This document shows positions 45,924-54,304 of a stretch of DNA of 64,000 nucleotides, one piece after another. Origin of the DNA: an uncultured Actinomycetes bacterium (GTDB lineage: Bacteria; Actinomycetota; Actinomycetes; Mycobacteriales; SCTD01); assembly GCA_963784675.1 (NCBI GenBank), contig CAWASE010000016.1, positions 7,267-71,266 on the forward strand, given 5' to 3'. The stretch's first letter is position 1. Each line of letters opens with the position of its first letter. A program made the position numbers and the translations under genes. The notes beneath the pieces are model-generated. The model saw nothing but the letters and a program-made list of their open reading frames with translations. It searched no databases and was not told the origin of the DNA.

Positions 45924-47354
45924 TCAGGTGCTGGCAGGCACGGCCGGCCCGACGAGGGTCAGCGCGTCGGTCCGAGGGCCGATGAAGCGGCGCGGCGGGG
46001 TGCGCCGGCTGGGCCGACCGAGCGTGCGGGCCGTGCTCCGGGCGGTCGGGGCGGCGAGGTTGGGCGCGGGCGTCGTCGCTGGCGCAGCGGCCCGGACGGG
46101 CGCGCTGGGAGCGGTCGTCACCGGCGCCGCGGGCGCAGGGACCACGGGCGCGGCGACCTTGGGCGCAGCGGGCGCCGGAGCGGTAGCGACCGCTGCGGCG
46201 ACAGCGGCCGGAGCAGCGGGGGCACCGCGGAGCCCGGCGAAGGCGGCGCGGACCGCTGCCAGCGCCGGCTTGGGGGTGTAGTCGCGGGTGACCAGGCCGA
46301 AGTTGTCCTCGGTGTAGCTGCGGTCGGTGCCCTTGTCCCGCAGGTTGTACAGGATCAGGGCCTTGACCCACGGGAAGCGCTGCGCGGTGAGCTGCACGAC
46401 CGCAGCGCTGTAGGCCGCCTGCTGGGCCGGCGTGACGCACCAGGGGTCGGCGCCGAGGGTGCAGTCGGTCCACCCCATCTCGGTGACCCAGACCGGTGAG
46501 CTGTCGGATGCGGCAGTCATCGTGGCGCGCACGGACTGCAGGCCGAGCGCGTAGTCGTACTTGGCCCACGCCGGGTCGTGGGGCGCGCCGGGCGCCCGCG
46601 ACTCGTTGTAGGGGTGCACCGAGACGCCGTCGTAGGAGCCGCGGACACCGTGCCGGTACAGGGCCGCCAGGAACGGGGCGTCCGCGAAGGACAGCGCGCC
46701 CATCAGCACCGGCAGCCGCGGCGCGACGGCCTTGACGGCTGGGTAGGCCGCCTTGACCATCGCCGCGTAGACGGCGGGCTTGTCGGCGGTCGTGAGGTTG
46801 GTGAACCCCTCGGTGTAGTTGGGCTCGTTCCACAGCTCCAGAGCCGCCAGCCGGCTGCCGTAGCGCTGCGCGACCCAACTGGCCGCCCAGGCGAAGTCGG
46901 CGTTGTCGACGGGCGGGTAGCGGGTCACGCCGCGGTCCCAGTAGGCGCCCTGGCAGCCCTGCTTGAGGGTCTCCGGCGCCGTGCTCGCCCAGCACGGCGT
47001 GGTGTGCAGCACCACGACGGGGGCGATGCCGCGTCCGGCCGCGCCGTCGATGAGGGTGTCGACGCGCTTCTGGTAGTCGGCGTTGATGGTGCCCCGGCCG
47101 TCCGTCTGCAGGCTGCTCCACGACACGTCGACGCGGGCCGTGTTGGCGCCAAGGTCGCGCAGCAGGTCCAGCTCGCGGGTGACGTCGGCCGCCGAGGTAC
47201 CGGACCAGAGCGTGTGGACGTTCACGCCGTACAGGTCCAGCCCGCCGCGAGCGGGCTCGGCCGCTGTCGCGAGGCCGGCTCCCACGGTCGAGGCCGTCAG
47301 CAGCGAGGCGGTCAGGGTGGTGAGGGTGGCGAGAATCCGCAGACGACGTGGCAC
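45924..47354 (-). CDS. secreted glycoside hydrolase, clan GH-A (GH5/GH39-like), with an Ala/Pro-rich C-terminal tail
   Basis: Signal peptide MPRRLRILATLTTLTASLLTASTVGAGLATAA. Acid/base LELWNEPNY and nucleophile VWVTEMGW motifs. ~110-aa A/P-rich tail. GTG start after aggag. Confidence 0.75.
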   Translation of the reverse strand: MPRRLRILATLTTLTASLLTASTVGAGLATAAEPARGGLDLYGVNVHTLWSGTSAADVTRELDLLRDLGANTARVDVSWSSLQTDGRGTINADYQKRVDTLIDGAAGRGIAPVVVLHTTPCWASTAPETLKQGCQGAYWDRGVTRYPPVDNADFAWAASWVAQRYGSRLAALELWNEPNYTEGFTNLTTADKPAVYAAMVKAAYPAVKAVAPRLPVLMGALSFADAPFLAALYRHGVRGSYDGVSVHPYNESRAPGAPHDPAWAKYDYALGLQSVRATMTAASDSSPVWVTEMGWTDCTLGADPWCVTPAQQAAYSAAVVQLTAQRFPWVKALILYNLRDKGTDRSYTEDNFGLVTRDYTPKPALAAVRAAFAGLRGAPAAPAAVAAAVATAPAPAAPKVAAPVVPAPAAPVTTAPSAPVRAAAPATTPAPNLAAPTARSTARTLGRPSRRTPPRRFIGPRTDALTLVGPAVPAST

Positions 47355-47518
47355 AGCGAGCTCCTGGACTTCGGTAGCTGGGCGACCCGCGGGGGGCCCC
47401 TGGCTTTGCGTCCCTGCGTCGCCGCAGGTTTGCCGTTGTCGATCCGGTCCAGACAGTCATCGGCGCCGCGGCGCCCGCCTTGACCGCGGTCCAGCGGGTT
47501 CACCCGTCCGAGCGGGCG

Positions 47519-48517
47519 TCAGGCCTCGTCCTGGCCGGCGAGGGCCGACAGCAGCCGGCGCAGCGAGTCCAGCCGCTCCGGGCGGGCCGCGCTCGTCGCG
47601 ACCCAGTCGGCCAACCCGCAGGAGGCGTCGTCGACCAGGTGCGAGCAGCCGGACGGGCAGTGCGTCTCGGCGCCGGCGGCGAGGTCGGGGAAGGCGGCCA
47701 GGACCCGCTCGGGCGTCACGGCCCCCAGGCCGAACGAGCGCACGCCCGGGGTGTCGATCACCGTGCCGCCGCCGGGCAGCGGCAGCGCCACGGCTGAGGA
47801 CGACGTGTGGCGGCCCTTGCCGACGCCGGTCACCTCGCCGACGGCCCGGAAGGCGTCCGGGACGAGCTGGTTGACCAGCGTCGACTTGCCGACGCCCGAC
47901 TGCCCGAACAGCACCGAGACCCGGCCCGCCAGCGCCACCCGCAGCGCCTGCACCCCGGGGTCGCCGGGCGTGCGGGACGTGACGATGGAGGCGACTCCCA
48001 GCGGCTCGTACTGCGCGAGCAGCTCGGACGGGTCGGCCAGGTCGCTCTTGGTCAGGCACAGCAGCGGTTCCAGCCCGCCGTCGTAGGCCGCCACCAGACA
48101 GCGGTCGACCAGCCGCGGGCGCGGCACCGGGTCGGCCAGGGCGGTGACGACCACGAGCACCTCCGCGTTGGCGACCACGGCCCGTTCGACCGGGTCGCTG
48201 TCGTCCGGGGTCCGGCGCAGCAGCGACGTACGCGGCTCGATCCGCACGATGCGGGCCAGCGCGTCCGGTCCGCCGCCGGTGTCACCGACCACGGCGACGC
48301 GGTCGCCGACCACGACGCCGCGCCGGCCGAGCTCGCGCGCGCGGATCGCGGTCAGCAGGTCGCCGTCGGCCGAGCGCAGGCGGTAGCGGCCCCGGTCGAC
48401 CGACAGCACCTGCGCCGGCTCGGCGTCGGTGTGTGCCGGGCGCGTCCGGGTCCGCGGGCGCGAGCGCCGCGCTGCGCGCACCCGTACGTCGTCCTCGTCC
48501 AGCTCGCGAGGGCTCAT
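47519..48517 (-). CDS. rsgA: ribosome small-subunit-dependent GTPase A
   Basis: ATG at 48517. LTKSDL (G4), GQSGVGKSTLVNQL (G1), DTPG (G3), C-terminal zinc cluster THCPSGCSHLVDDASCG. The circularly permuted GTPase motif order (G4, G1, G3) is typical of RsgA. Confidence 0.92.
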   Translation of the reverse strand: MSPRELDEDDVRVRAARRSRPRTRTRPAHTDAEPAQVLSVDRGRYRLRSADGDLLTAIRARELGRRGVVVGDRVAVVGDTGGGPDALARIVRIEPRTSLLRRTPDDSDPVERAVVANAEVLVVVTALADPVPRPRLVDRCLVAAYDGGLEPLLCLTKSDLADPSELLAQYEPLGVASIVTSRTPGDPGVQALRVALAGRVSVLFGQSGVGKSTLVNQLVPDAFRAVGEVTGVGKGRHTSSSAVALPLPGGGTVIDTPGVRSFGLGAVTPERVLAAFPDLAAGAETHCPSGCSHLVDDASCGLADWVATSAARPERLDSLRRLLSALAGQDEA

Positions 48518-48533
48518 CGCGACGGCCCGTCGC

Positions 48534-49814
48534 TCACGTGCCGCCGAGCATGCGGTTCCAGGAGCCGACGAAGTCCGGGACGGTCTTGCGGGTGGTCTGG
48601 ATGTCGCGCACGAGGACACCGTCGACACCCAGGCCGAGCACGGCCCAGGCCATCGCGAGCCTGTGGTCGTCGTAGGAGTCCATCGCCCCGCCCGTCAACG
48701 GCCGCGGGCGCACCTCGACCCCGTCGTCGAGCTCGCGCACGTCGCCTCCGCGCGCGTTGATCTCGACGGCCAGGGCCTTCAGGCGGTCGGTCTCCTGCAA
48801 CCGGATGTGCGCCACCCCGGTGAACCGGCTGGGGGAGTCGGCCAGAGCCGCCAGGGCGGTGAGCACCATCGTGAGCTCGGGGGTGTCGCGGAGGTCGGCC
48901 GTCAGCCCGTGCAGGCCGTCGCCGGAGCTGACGGTGACGCTGTCGTCGGTCCGCTTGACCCGGGCGCCCATGCGCTCGAGCAGCTCGGGCAGCCCGGAGC
49001 CCGGCTGGGACGTGTCGCGCGGCCAGCCCGGGACGGTGACCGAGCCGCCGGCGACCAGCGGAGCGGCCAGGTAGGCGGCGGCCGTGGACAGGTCCGGTTC
49101 GACGACGGCGTCGCGGGCCGTCAGCGGGCCGGCGGCCACCGCCCAGACGTCCGGCTCGTCGTCCACGACGCCCGCACCGTGCGCGCGGAGTGCCTCGACC
49201 GTCATGGCGAGGTGAGGCGCGCTGGGCAAGGTCGGTCCGCGGTGACGCACAGTGACGCCGCGCTCGCAGCGAGGAGCGCACAGCAGCAGGCCGCTGACGA
49301 GCTGCGAGGACTGCGAGGCGTCGAGGGTGACCGAGCCACCCGTCAGCGCCCCCCGGCCCGTGACCGTCAAGGGAAGAGCCTGCACCCCGTCCAGGTCGGC
49401 TCCGAGCGCGCGCAGCGCCACCAGCAGCGGCCCCAGGGGCCGCTCGCGGACCCGGGGATCGCCGTCGAAGGTGACCGGACCGGACGCCAGGGCGGCGACC
49501 GGCGGCAGGAAGCGGGCGACGGTACCGGCGTTCCCGACGTCGATCGGGCCGGAGCCGGGCAGGGCCCCCGGACAGCCGACGACGCGCCAGTCGCCCTCGG
49601 CGGTGTCGGTGACGTCGACGCCCAGCACGCGCAGCGCCGCTGCCATCAGCTCGGTGTCGCGGGACCGCAGCGGGCGACGGACGACGGACGTGCCGACCGC
49701 CAGCGCGGCGAGCACGAGGGCACGGTTGGTGACGCTCTTGGAACCGGGCAGCGGCACGCTCGCGGCCAACGGGCCCGCCGCACGAGGAGCTGGCCAGTCC
49801 GGGACAGCGGTCAT
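48534..49814 (-). CDS. aroA: 3-phosphoshikimate 1-carboxyvinyltransferase (EPSP synthase)
   Basis: LPGSKSVTNRALVLAALA, GNAGTVARFL. 426 aa, full-length two-domain pattern. Confidence 0.93.
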   Translation of the reverse strand: MTAVPDWPAPRAAGPLAASVPLPGSKSVTNRALVLAALAVGTSVVRRPLRSRDTELMAAALRVLGVDVTDTAEGDWRVVGCPGALPGSGPIDVGNAGTVARFLPPVAALASGPVTFDGDPRVRERPLGPLLVALRALGADLDGVQALPLTVTGRGALTGGSVTLDASQSSQLVSGLLLCAPRCERGVTVRHRGPTLPSAPHLAMTVEALRAHGAGVVDDEPDVWAVAAGPLTARDAVVEPDLSTAAAYLAAPLVAGGSVTVPGWPRDTSQPGSGLPELLERMGARVKRTDDSVTVSSGDGLHGLTADLRDTPELTMVLTALAALADSPSRFTGVAHIRLQETDRLKALAVEINARGGDVRELDDGVEVRPRPLTGGAMDSYDDHRLAMAWAVLGLGVDGVLVRDIQTTRKTVPDFVGSWNRMLGGT

Positions 49815-49931
49815 CGCACGGGGCGGACGACGGGGTCGGCGGGTGGGCGCCGGGCAGCCCGGGCTGGCGCGCGCATCATGGCGCAGAGTCTGTCACCCGG
49901 CTCCCGCACGCTGATCCTCGGTGCAGGTACG

Positions 49932-49997
49932 CCGACGGCCGGCCGGCCACCGAGAACGGTCGCCGGCCGGCCGGTCGGACCGGATGCTCTTCCGGTC
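49932..49997 (-). terminator. two consecutive GC-rich stem-loops downstream of the LPXTG gene and upstream of aroA
   Basis: Hairpin 1: 49932-49947 pairs with 49962-49978, ~16 bp with one bulge (ccgacggccggccggc / gccggccggccggtcgg). Hairpin 2: gaccgga (49978-49984), tgctct, tccggtc (49991-49997), 7 nt after the stop at 50005. No U-tract. Confidence 0.4.
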
Positions 49998-50004
49998 CGG
50001 AAGG

Positions 50005-50475
50005 TCAGGCGACCGGAGGGGCGCTACGACGCCGGCGACCGGCGACGACCAGCGCGGTGCCGCCCGCGAGCGCTCCCAGCCCCACGGTGCTGAGCAGTAC
50101 CAGCTCACCGCCGGTCACGGGCAGCGTGCGGCGGCTCACGATCGTGGTCGTCTTGGCCGGGTTGGTCGGCACGCCGGAGATCGGGCTGGGGGTCGGCGTT
50201 GCGCGCGTGGGGGTGCTGCTCGGCTGAGGGACGGGGGGCTTCACCGAAGGCGTCGGCCCGGTCGCGGGCGCGCTCGGCGAACCCTGGATCGGGGACGGAC
50301 TGGCCGATGCGGCGGTCGACGGGGCGACGGAGGCCCCGGGCGACGGCGAGACCTCGGTGGCCGGCGAGGGGCAGACCTGGGAGTAGCTGTCGCAGGCGGC
50401 GGTAGCGGGCGAGGCTCCCAGCAGCAGGGCACTCCCGCCGAGGGCGAGAGCGGCGGCGGTGAGGACGGGACGCAT
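50005..50475 (-). CDS. LPXTG-anchored Pro/Ser/Thr-rich surface protein
   Basis: ATG at 50475 after aggag. Signal peptide MRPVLTAAALALGGSALLLGASPATAA. P/S/T-rich spacer. Sorting signal LPVTGGELVLLSTVGLGALAGGTALVVAGRRRR. Confidence 0.8.
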   Translation of the reverse strand: MRPVLTAAALALGGSALLLGASPATAACDSYSQVCPSPATEVSPSPGASVAPSTAASASPSPIQGSPSAPATGPTPSVKPPVPQPSSTPTRATPTPSPISGVPTNPAKTTTIVSRRTLPVTGGELVLLSTVGLGALAGGTALVVAGRRRRSAPPVA

Positions 50476-50555
50476 GTCAGACTCCTGAGAGATCGAGCGG
50501 AGGGCGGAAGCTGGTGACATGGCCGGGGATGCGGTCCTACCGGAGGTCACTGGCA

Positions 50556-50575
50556 GTGACACTACTCTGTGTCAC
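50556..50575. promoter_or_regulatory. perfect 7-bp inverted repeat gtgacac-N6-gtgtcac in an AT-richer divergent promoter island
   Basis: Read directly: gtgacac (50556-50562), tactct, gtgtcac (50569-50575). It lies between the LPXTG gene (start 50475, minus) and the priming transferase (start 50751, plus). Confidence 0.4.
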
Positions 50576-50655
50576 CGAGGAAAGTTAATAGACCAAACGG
50601 CGCAATCTGGACGGAGGTCTATCTCACAGCCCATGGATATCCCGCCGCCGTCCAG

Positions 50656-50696
50656 GGCTCTAGATGTAGCCCGCCGGTGCCGAAGGTCCTAGAGCC
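50656..50696 (+). promoter_or_regulatory. 8-bp stem (ggctctag / ctagagcc) with a 25-nt loop in the 5' leader of the priming transferase
   Basis: ggctctag at 50656-50663 and ctagagcc at 50689-50696. It lies within the only clearly AT-richer stretch of the window (aaagttaatagaccaaac at ~50582-50599). Confidence 0.3.
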
Positions 50697-50750
50697 ACGG
50701 CGTCGCAGCAGTGGCGAGGGGATCGGCACCAGGAGCCAGGAAGGAGCGCG

Positions 50751-52205
50751 GTGATTGAGATCAGCGGGCGGCGGCCGGCGGGTGGGTCCCCCCGCGTCGG
50801 TCCGGCCGAGGCCTCCGGACCTGCGCGGACCACCCCCCGGCTCGTGGCGGGCCGCAGCCTGATGCGCTATCGCACGGTGCTGCGCTACGGCGTCCGTCCG
50901 TTCCTCGTCGTCACCGACATCACCGCCTGGTTGCTCGCGGTCCTGGTCACCGGGGGGGCCACCGGGCGCGACGTCGTGCACCTGTCCCTGACCGTGCTGC
51001 TGTTCGCCGTGGCCGGGCTCTACCGCAGCAGGCTGTCACTGTCTGTGCTCGACGACCTTCCGGCGCTGGCCGGCCGGGTCATCGCTGCGGCGGCGATGAC
51101 GACCTCGGTGGCGCTGCTGCTCGACCCGGCGCTCGCCGACCCGCACCTGCTCTACCTGTCCGCGCTGATGGCCGTCAACGTCCTGTTGCTGCGCTCGCTG
51201 TCCTACGGCCTGGTCCGCAGGGGCCGGGCGAAGGGCTGGGTGTCGCACGCCACGCTGGTGCTCGGCGCCGGTCACGTCGGAGGTCAGGTCGCCGGGCTCC
51301 TGCTCGCGCACCCGGAGTACGGGCTGCGTCCGGTCGGCTTCCTGGACAGCGACCCCCTGCTGTCCGAGGAGCAGCGGCCGGTCCCGCTGCTGGGCGGCAA
51401 CGCCTCCCTGGCGAGCGTCATCGTCGAGTTCGCGGTCCGCGACGTCGTGGTCGCCTTCGGGTCGGCGCCGGAGTCGGAGATGGTCGACATCATCCGCACC
51501 TGCGACCGGCTGGAAGCCGAGATCTTCTTCGTCCCCAGGCTGTTCGAGCTGCACCACACCAGCGCCGACATGGACCAGGTCTGGGGGCTGCCCCTGGTCC
51601 GTCTGCGGCGCGCGGCCTTCCGGTCACCGTTCTGGCGGCTCAAGCGCCTGCTCGACATCCTGTGCGCCGCTGCCGCGCTGGTGGTGCTCGGACCCCTCAT
51701 GCTGGCCGTGGCCGCCGGGGTCCGCCTGGAGGGGGGCCCGGGCATCATCTTCCGCCAGCAGCGGGTGGGGCTGGACGGCCGGCCCTTCGACGTCCTGAAG
51801 TTCCGGTCCCTGCGTCCGGTCGACGAGCACGAGTCGCAGACGCAGTGGAACATCAAGCACGACGACCGGCTGGGGCGCGTCGGCCGTTTCATCCGGGCGA
51901 CGAGCCTGGACGAGCTGCCGCAGCTGATCAACATCCTGCGCGGCGACATGACCCTGGTCGGCCCGCGTCCGGAGCGGCCGCACTTCGTCGAGACGTTCGC
52001 GCAGAACTACCCCCGTTACATCGACCGGCACCGGGTGCCGGCCGGGCTCACCGGCTGGGCGCAGGTCCACGGTCTGCGCGGCGACACCTCCATCGAGGAC
52101 CGGGCCCGCTTCGACAACTACTACATCGAGAACTGGTCGCTGTGGGCAGACGTCAAGATCGTCCTGCGGACGATCAGCACGGTGCTGCGTCGGGCCGGCG
52201 GCTGA
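50751..52205 (+). CDS. polyprenyl-phosphate sugar-phosphate transferase (WbaP/CpsE-type priming enzyme)
   Basis: The GTG follows ggaaggag. N-terminal TM block. C-terminal bacterial sugar-transferase domain (KRLLDILCAAAALVVLGPLML, KFRSL, DELPQLINILRGDMTLVGPRPERP, GLTGWAQV). Confidence 0.9.
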   Translation: MIEISGRRPAGGSPRVGPAEASGPARTTPRLVAGRSLMRYRTVLRYGVRPFLVVTDITAWLLAVLVTGGATGRDVVHLSLTVLLFAVAGLYRSRLSLSVLDDLPALAGRVIAAAAMTTSVALLLDPALADPHLLYLSALMAVNVLLLRSLSYGLVRRGRAKGWVSHATLVLGAGHVGGQVAGLLLAHPEYGLRPVGFLDSDPLLSEEQRPVPLLGGNASLASVIVEFAVRDVVVAFGSAPESEMVDIIRTCDRLEAEIFFVPRLFELHHTSADMDQVWGLPLVRLRRAAFRSPFWRLKRLLDILCAAAALVVLGPLMLAVAAGVRLEGGPGIIFRQQRVGLDGRPFDVLKFRSLRPVDEHESQTQWNIKHDDRLGRVGRFIRATSLDELPQLINILRGDMTLVGPRPERPHFVETFAQNYPRYIDRHRVPAGLTGWAQVHGLRGDTSIEDRARFDNYYIENWSLWADVKIVLRTISTVLRRAGG

Positions 52206-52217
52206 GCGGCGTCGCCG

Positions 52218-54158
52218 TCAGCCCAGCGTCACCGGCTCGGCCCAGAACCGCTTGATCCGGCCGACGGCCCGACCCGCCCAGCCGTCGGTCCGCGTGCGCA
52301 GCTGCAGGTGCTGCTGCCGGTCGAAGGCCCCGGACAGCCGCAGCACGCCGTCGGAGTCGGTCCGCTCGCCCTCGGCCACCAGTCGCCGGCCCGAGGTGGT
52401 CCGGACCTGCAGCGACATCCCGGCGTCCACGGCCAGCGGCTGGGGGTACAGCGACGCGGCATAGGAACCGTCGACGGTCGGCAACCGGTACTGCAGCTTC
52501 CAGCTCGTGACGGAGCCGGGGGACAGGCTCGCGAGGTCCGACAGCACCTGGTGGTCGCCCTCCTGCGCCGGGGTGGGGACGAGCGGGCGACCCTCGCGGG
52601 AGAAGGCCAGGTCGCGCGCCCCGGTCGGCACGGCCAGGGTGACCCAGTTGTTGCTGACGCCCGGGGTGGCGCGTCCGGCGACGTACTCCGGCAGCCCGAG
52701 CGTGGGGGCGGTGTTGCGCAGGGTGAGCTCCTGCTGCACGAACGCCTCGTCGCCGTCCAGCGTGACCTGCACGCTCAACTGCCGGCGCGCGTAATAGTCG
52801 ATCTTGTTCCCGTCCCGGTCGCCGCCGCCCAGGTTGTGGACCGTGAACGAGGCGAGGTCGCCGCCGCGGGCGGCCACCCGGCCGTCGAGCCCGGCAGCGG
52901 CGAGATCGACGCGTTCCCCGGGCCGGCCGGACCACAGCGCCACGTGCCGGCCGGCGGCTGCCGCGCTCAGCTCACGGCCCAGCGACGAGGGGGAGACGGC
53001 CCCGTCGTCACCGCGCAGCAGCTTGCCCAGCACCGCGTCCGCCGCAGCCCGCAGGGCCCCGCGCCGGGCGGCCTGCCCCTCCAGGGTGTCCGGGAACGCG
53101 GTGTAGGCGTCCGACAGCAGGGTGCGGACGCCCTGCTCGCCGGTCAGGACCGAACCGTCGGGCAGCTCGGCCGGCCCCGTGGCACGGAGCAGGGCCGCGA
53201 TCGCCGGGACGTCCAGCCAGACGATGAGGTCAGGTCGCTCGCCGAGGGTCGCTGCGGCGACGTTGGCGAGCACCGTCGACGACTGGCCGAGGTCGGGGCT
53301 CATGTTGCTGTTCTTCCACAGCGTGGTGTCGGCCGCGAACGGCCCGTACAGCCGACGGAAGTCGGCCGGGGCAGGTACCGGACGCTGAGCGCCCAACGGG
53401 TCGGCGACGGCCTCGACGTCGCGGAAGCCGCCGATCGTGAGCCTGCCGTCCTGCGCGCGGGCCTGGGCGAAGACCGAGACCAGCCCCCCGGTGCCCCGCA
53501 GCTCGGCGTTGTTCTCGAGCACCAGCAGCAGCGACCGCGGTCCGTTCGACCCCAGGAGTGCCCCCAGCGAGCGCACCGCAGCGGCCGCCTTGGCGAAGGT
53601 GTCCGGAACAGGGGCCAGCTCCTCGCCGGCCTGGCGCACCGGGCCGGACACCAGCCCGGGCACGAGCGCGAGCGACTGGTCGCGCAGCGCGCCGGTCGGT
53701 GCGCGGGTGCTGGCTGCCGCCTGCTCCAACGCCTGCGCCAGCGCGGCCAGCGCGGGAAGGTCCACCGTGCCGTCCCGGACGATCGGCGTGTCCGGCTCGG
53801 TCGCCTGCAGCACCCGCCGGCTCGCCTGGACGGTGGCCGTCGCGGCGGTGATCGCGCGGTCGATGCCGGCCACCCCCCGCCCGAGCACCGGGACGTGCGC
53901 CGCCAGGACTGGACCGAGCTGATGCATCCGACGGTCGCTGCGTCGCAGCGACCGCTCGGCGTCGCTCAGCACCGGCCCGGCCTCGGCCAGCCGACCGCTG
54001 TCGCGGGTCGCGGTCAACGCTGTGCGCGCTTGCACCAGGTCGCTGCGGACGGCGAGCAGGACGACGGTCGTCCAGAGGGTCGTCACGATCGAGACGGCCG
54101 CGAGGAGCAGCAGCGCGCGTACCACCAGCAGACGAGGCCCCCGCCGCCGTTCCGACAT
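52218..54158 (-). CDS. DUF4012-like membrane-anchored envelope protein
   Basis: N-terminal TM (LLVVRALLLLAAVSIVTTLWTTVVLLAV), coiled region, conserved LLLVLENNAELRGTGGLVSVFAQ. The family name is from memory. The start is ATG 54158 or GTG 54221. Confidence 0.7.
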   Translation of the reverse strand: MSERRRGPRLLVVRALLLLAAVSIVTTLWTTVVLLAVRSDLVQARTALTATRDSGRLAEAGPVLSDAERSLRRSDRRMHQLGPVLAAHVPVLGRGVAGIDRAITAATATVQASRRVLQATEPDTPIVRDGTVDLPALAALAQALEQAAASTRAPTGALRDQSLALVPGLVSGPVRQAGEELAPVPDTFAKAAAAVRSLGALLGSNGPRSLLLVLENNAELRGTGGLVSVFAQARAQDGRLTIGGFRDVEAVADPLGAQRPVPAPADFRRLYGPFAADTTLWKNSNMSPDLGQSSTVLANVAAATLGERPDLIVWLDVPAIAALLRATGPAELPDGSVLTGEQGVRTLLSDAYTAFPDTLEGQAARRGALRAAADAVLGKLLRGDDGAVSPSSLGRELSAAAAGRHVALWSGRPGERVDLAAAGLDGRVAARGGDLASFTVHNLGGGDRDGNKIDYYARRQLSVQVTLDGDEAFVQQELTLRNTAPTLGLPEYVAGRATPGVSNNWVTLAVPTGARDLAFSREGRPLVPTPAQEGDHQVLSDLASLSPGSVTSWKLQYRLPTVDGSYAASLYPQPLAVDAGMSLQVRTTSGRRLVAEGERTDSDGVLRLSGAFDRQQHLQLRTRTDGWAGRAVGRIKRFWAEPVTLG

Positions 54159-54304
54159 GCTCACCGGTCCAGCGTGCCACCTTGCGGGCCCGCGCGACGC
54201 CAGAGGGTGGTGAGATGTCACTCTGCGTGTTCAACAGGTGGTCAAACCTCACCGGTAGTGGTAATTTCTGCGCTCGCGACCGTGGAACGGGTAGGGGAGA
54301 TCGC

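Noticed and set aside
48429-50093. 554-aa plus-strand ORF
   Set aside because: It is antisense to aroA (LPGSKSVTNR motif on the minus strand) and to the LPXTG gene, and has no motifs.
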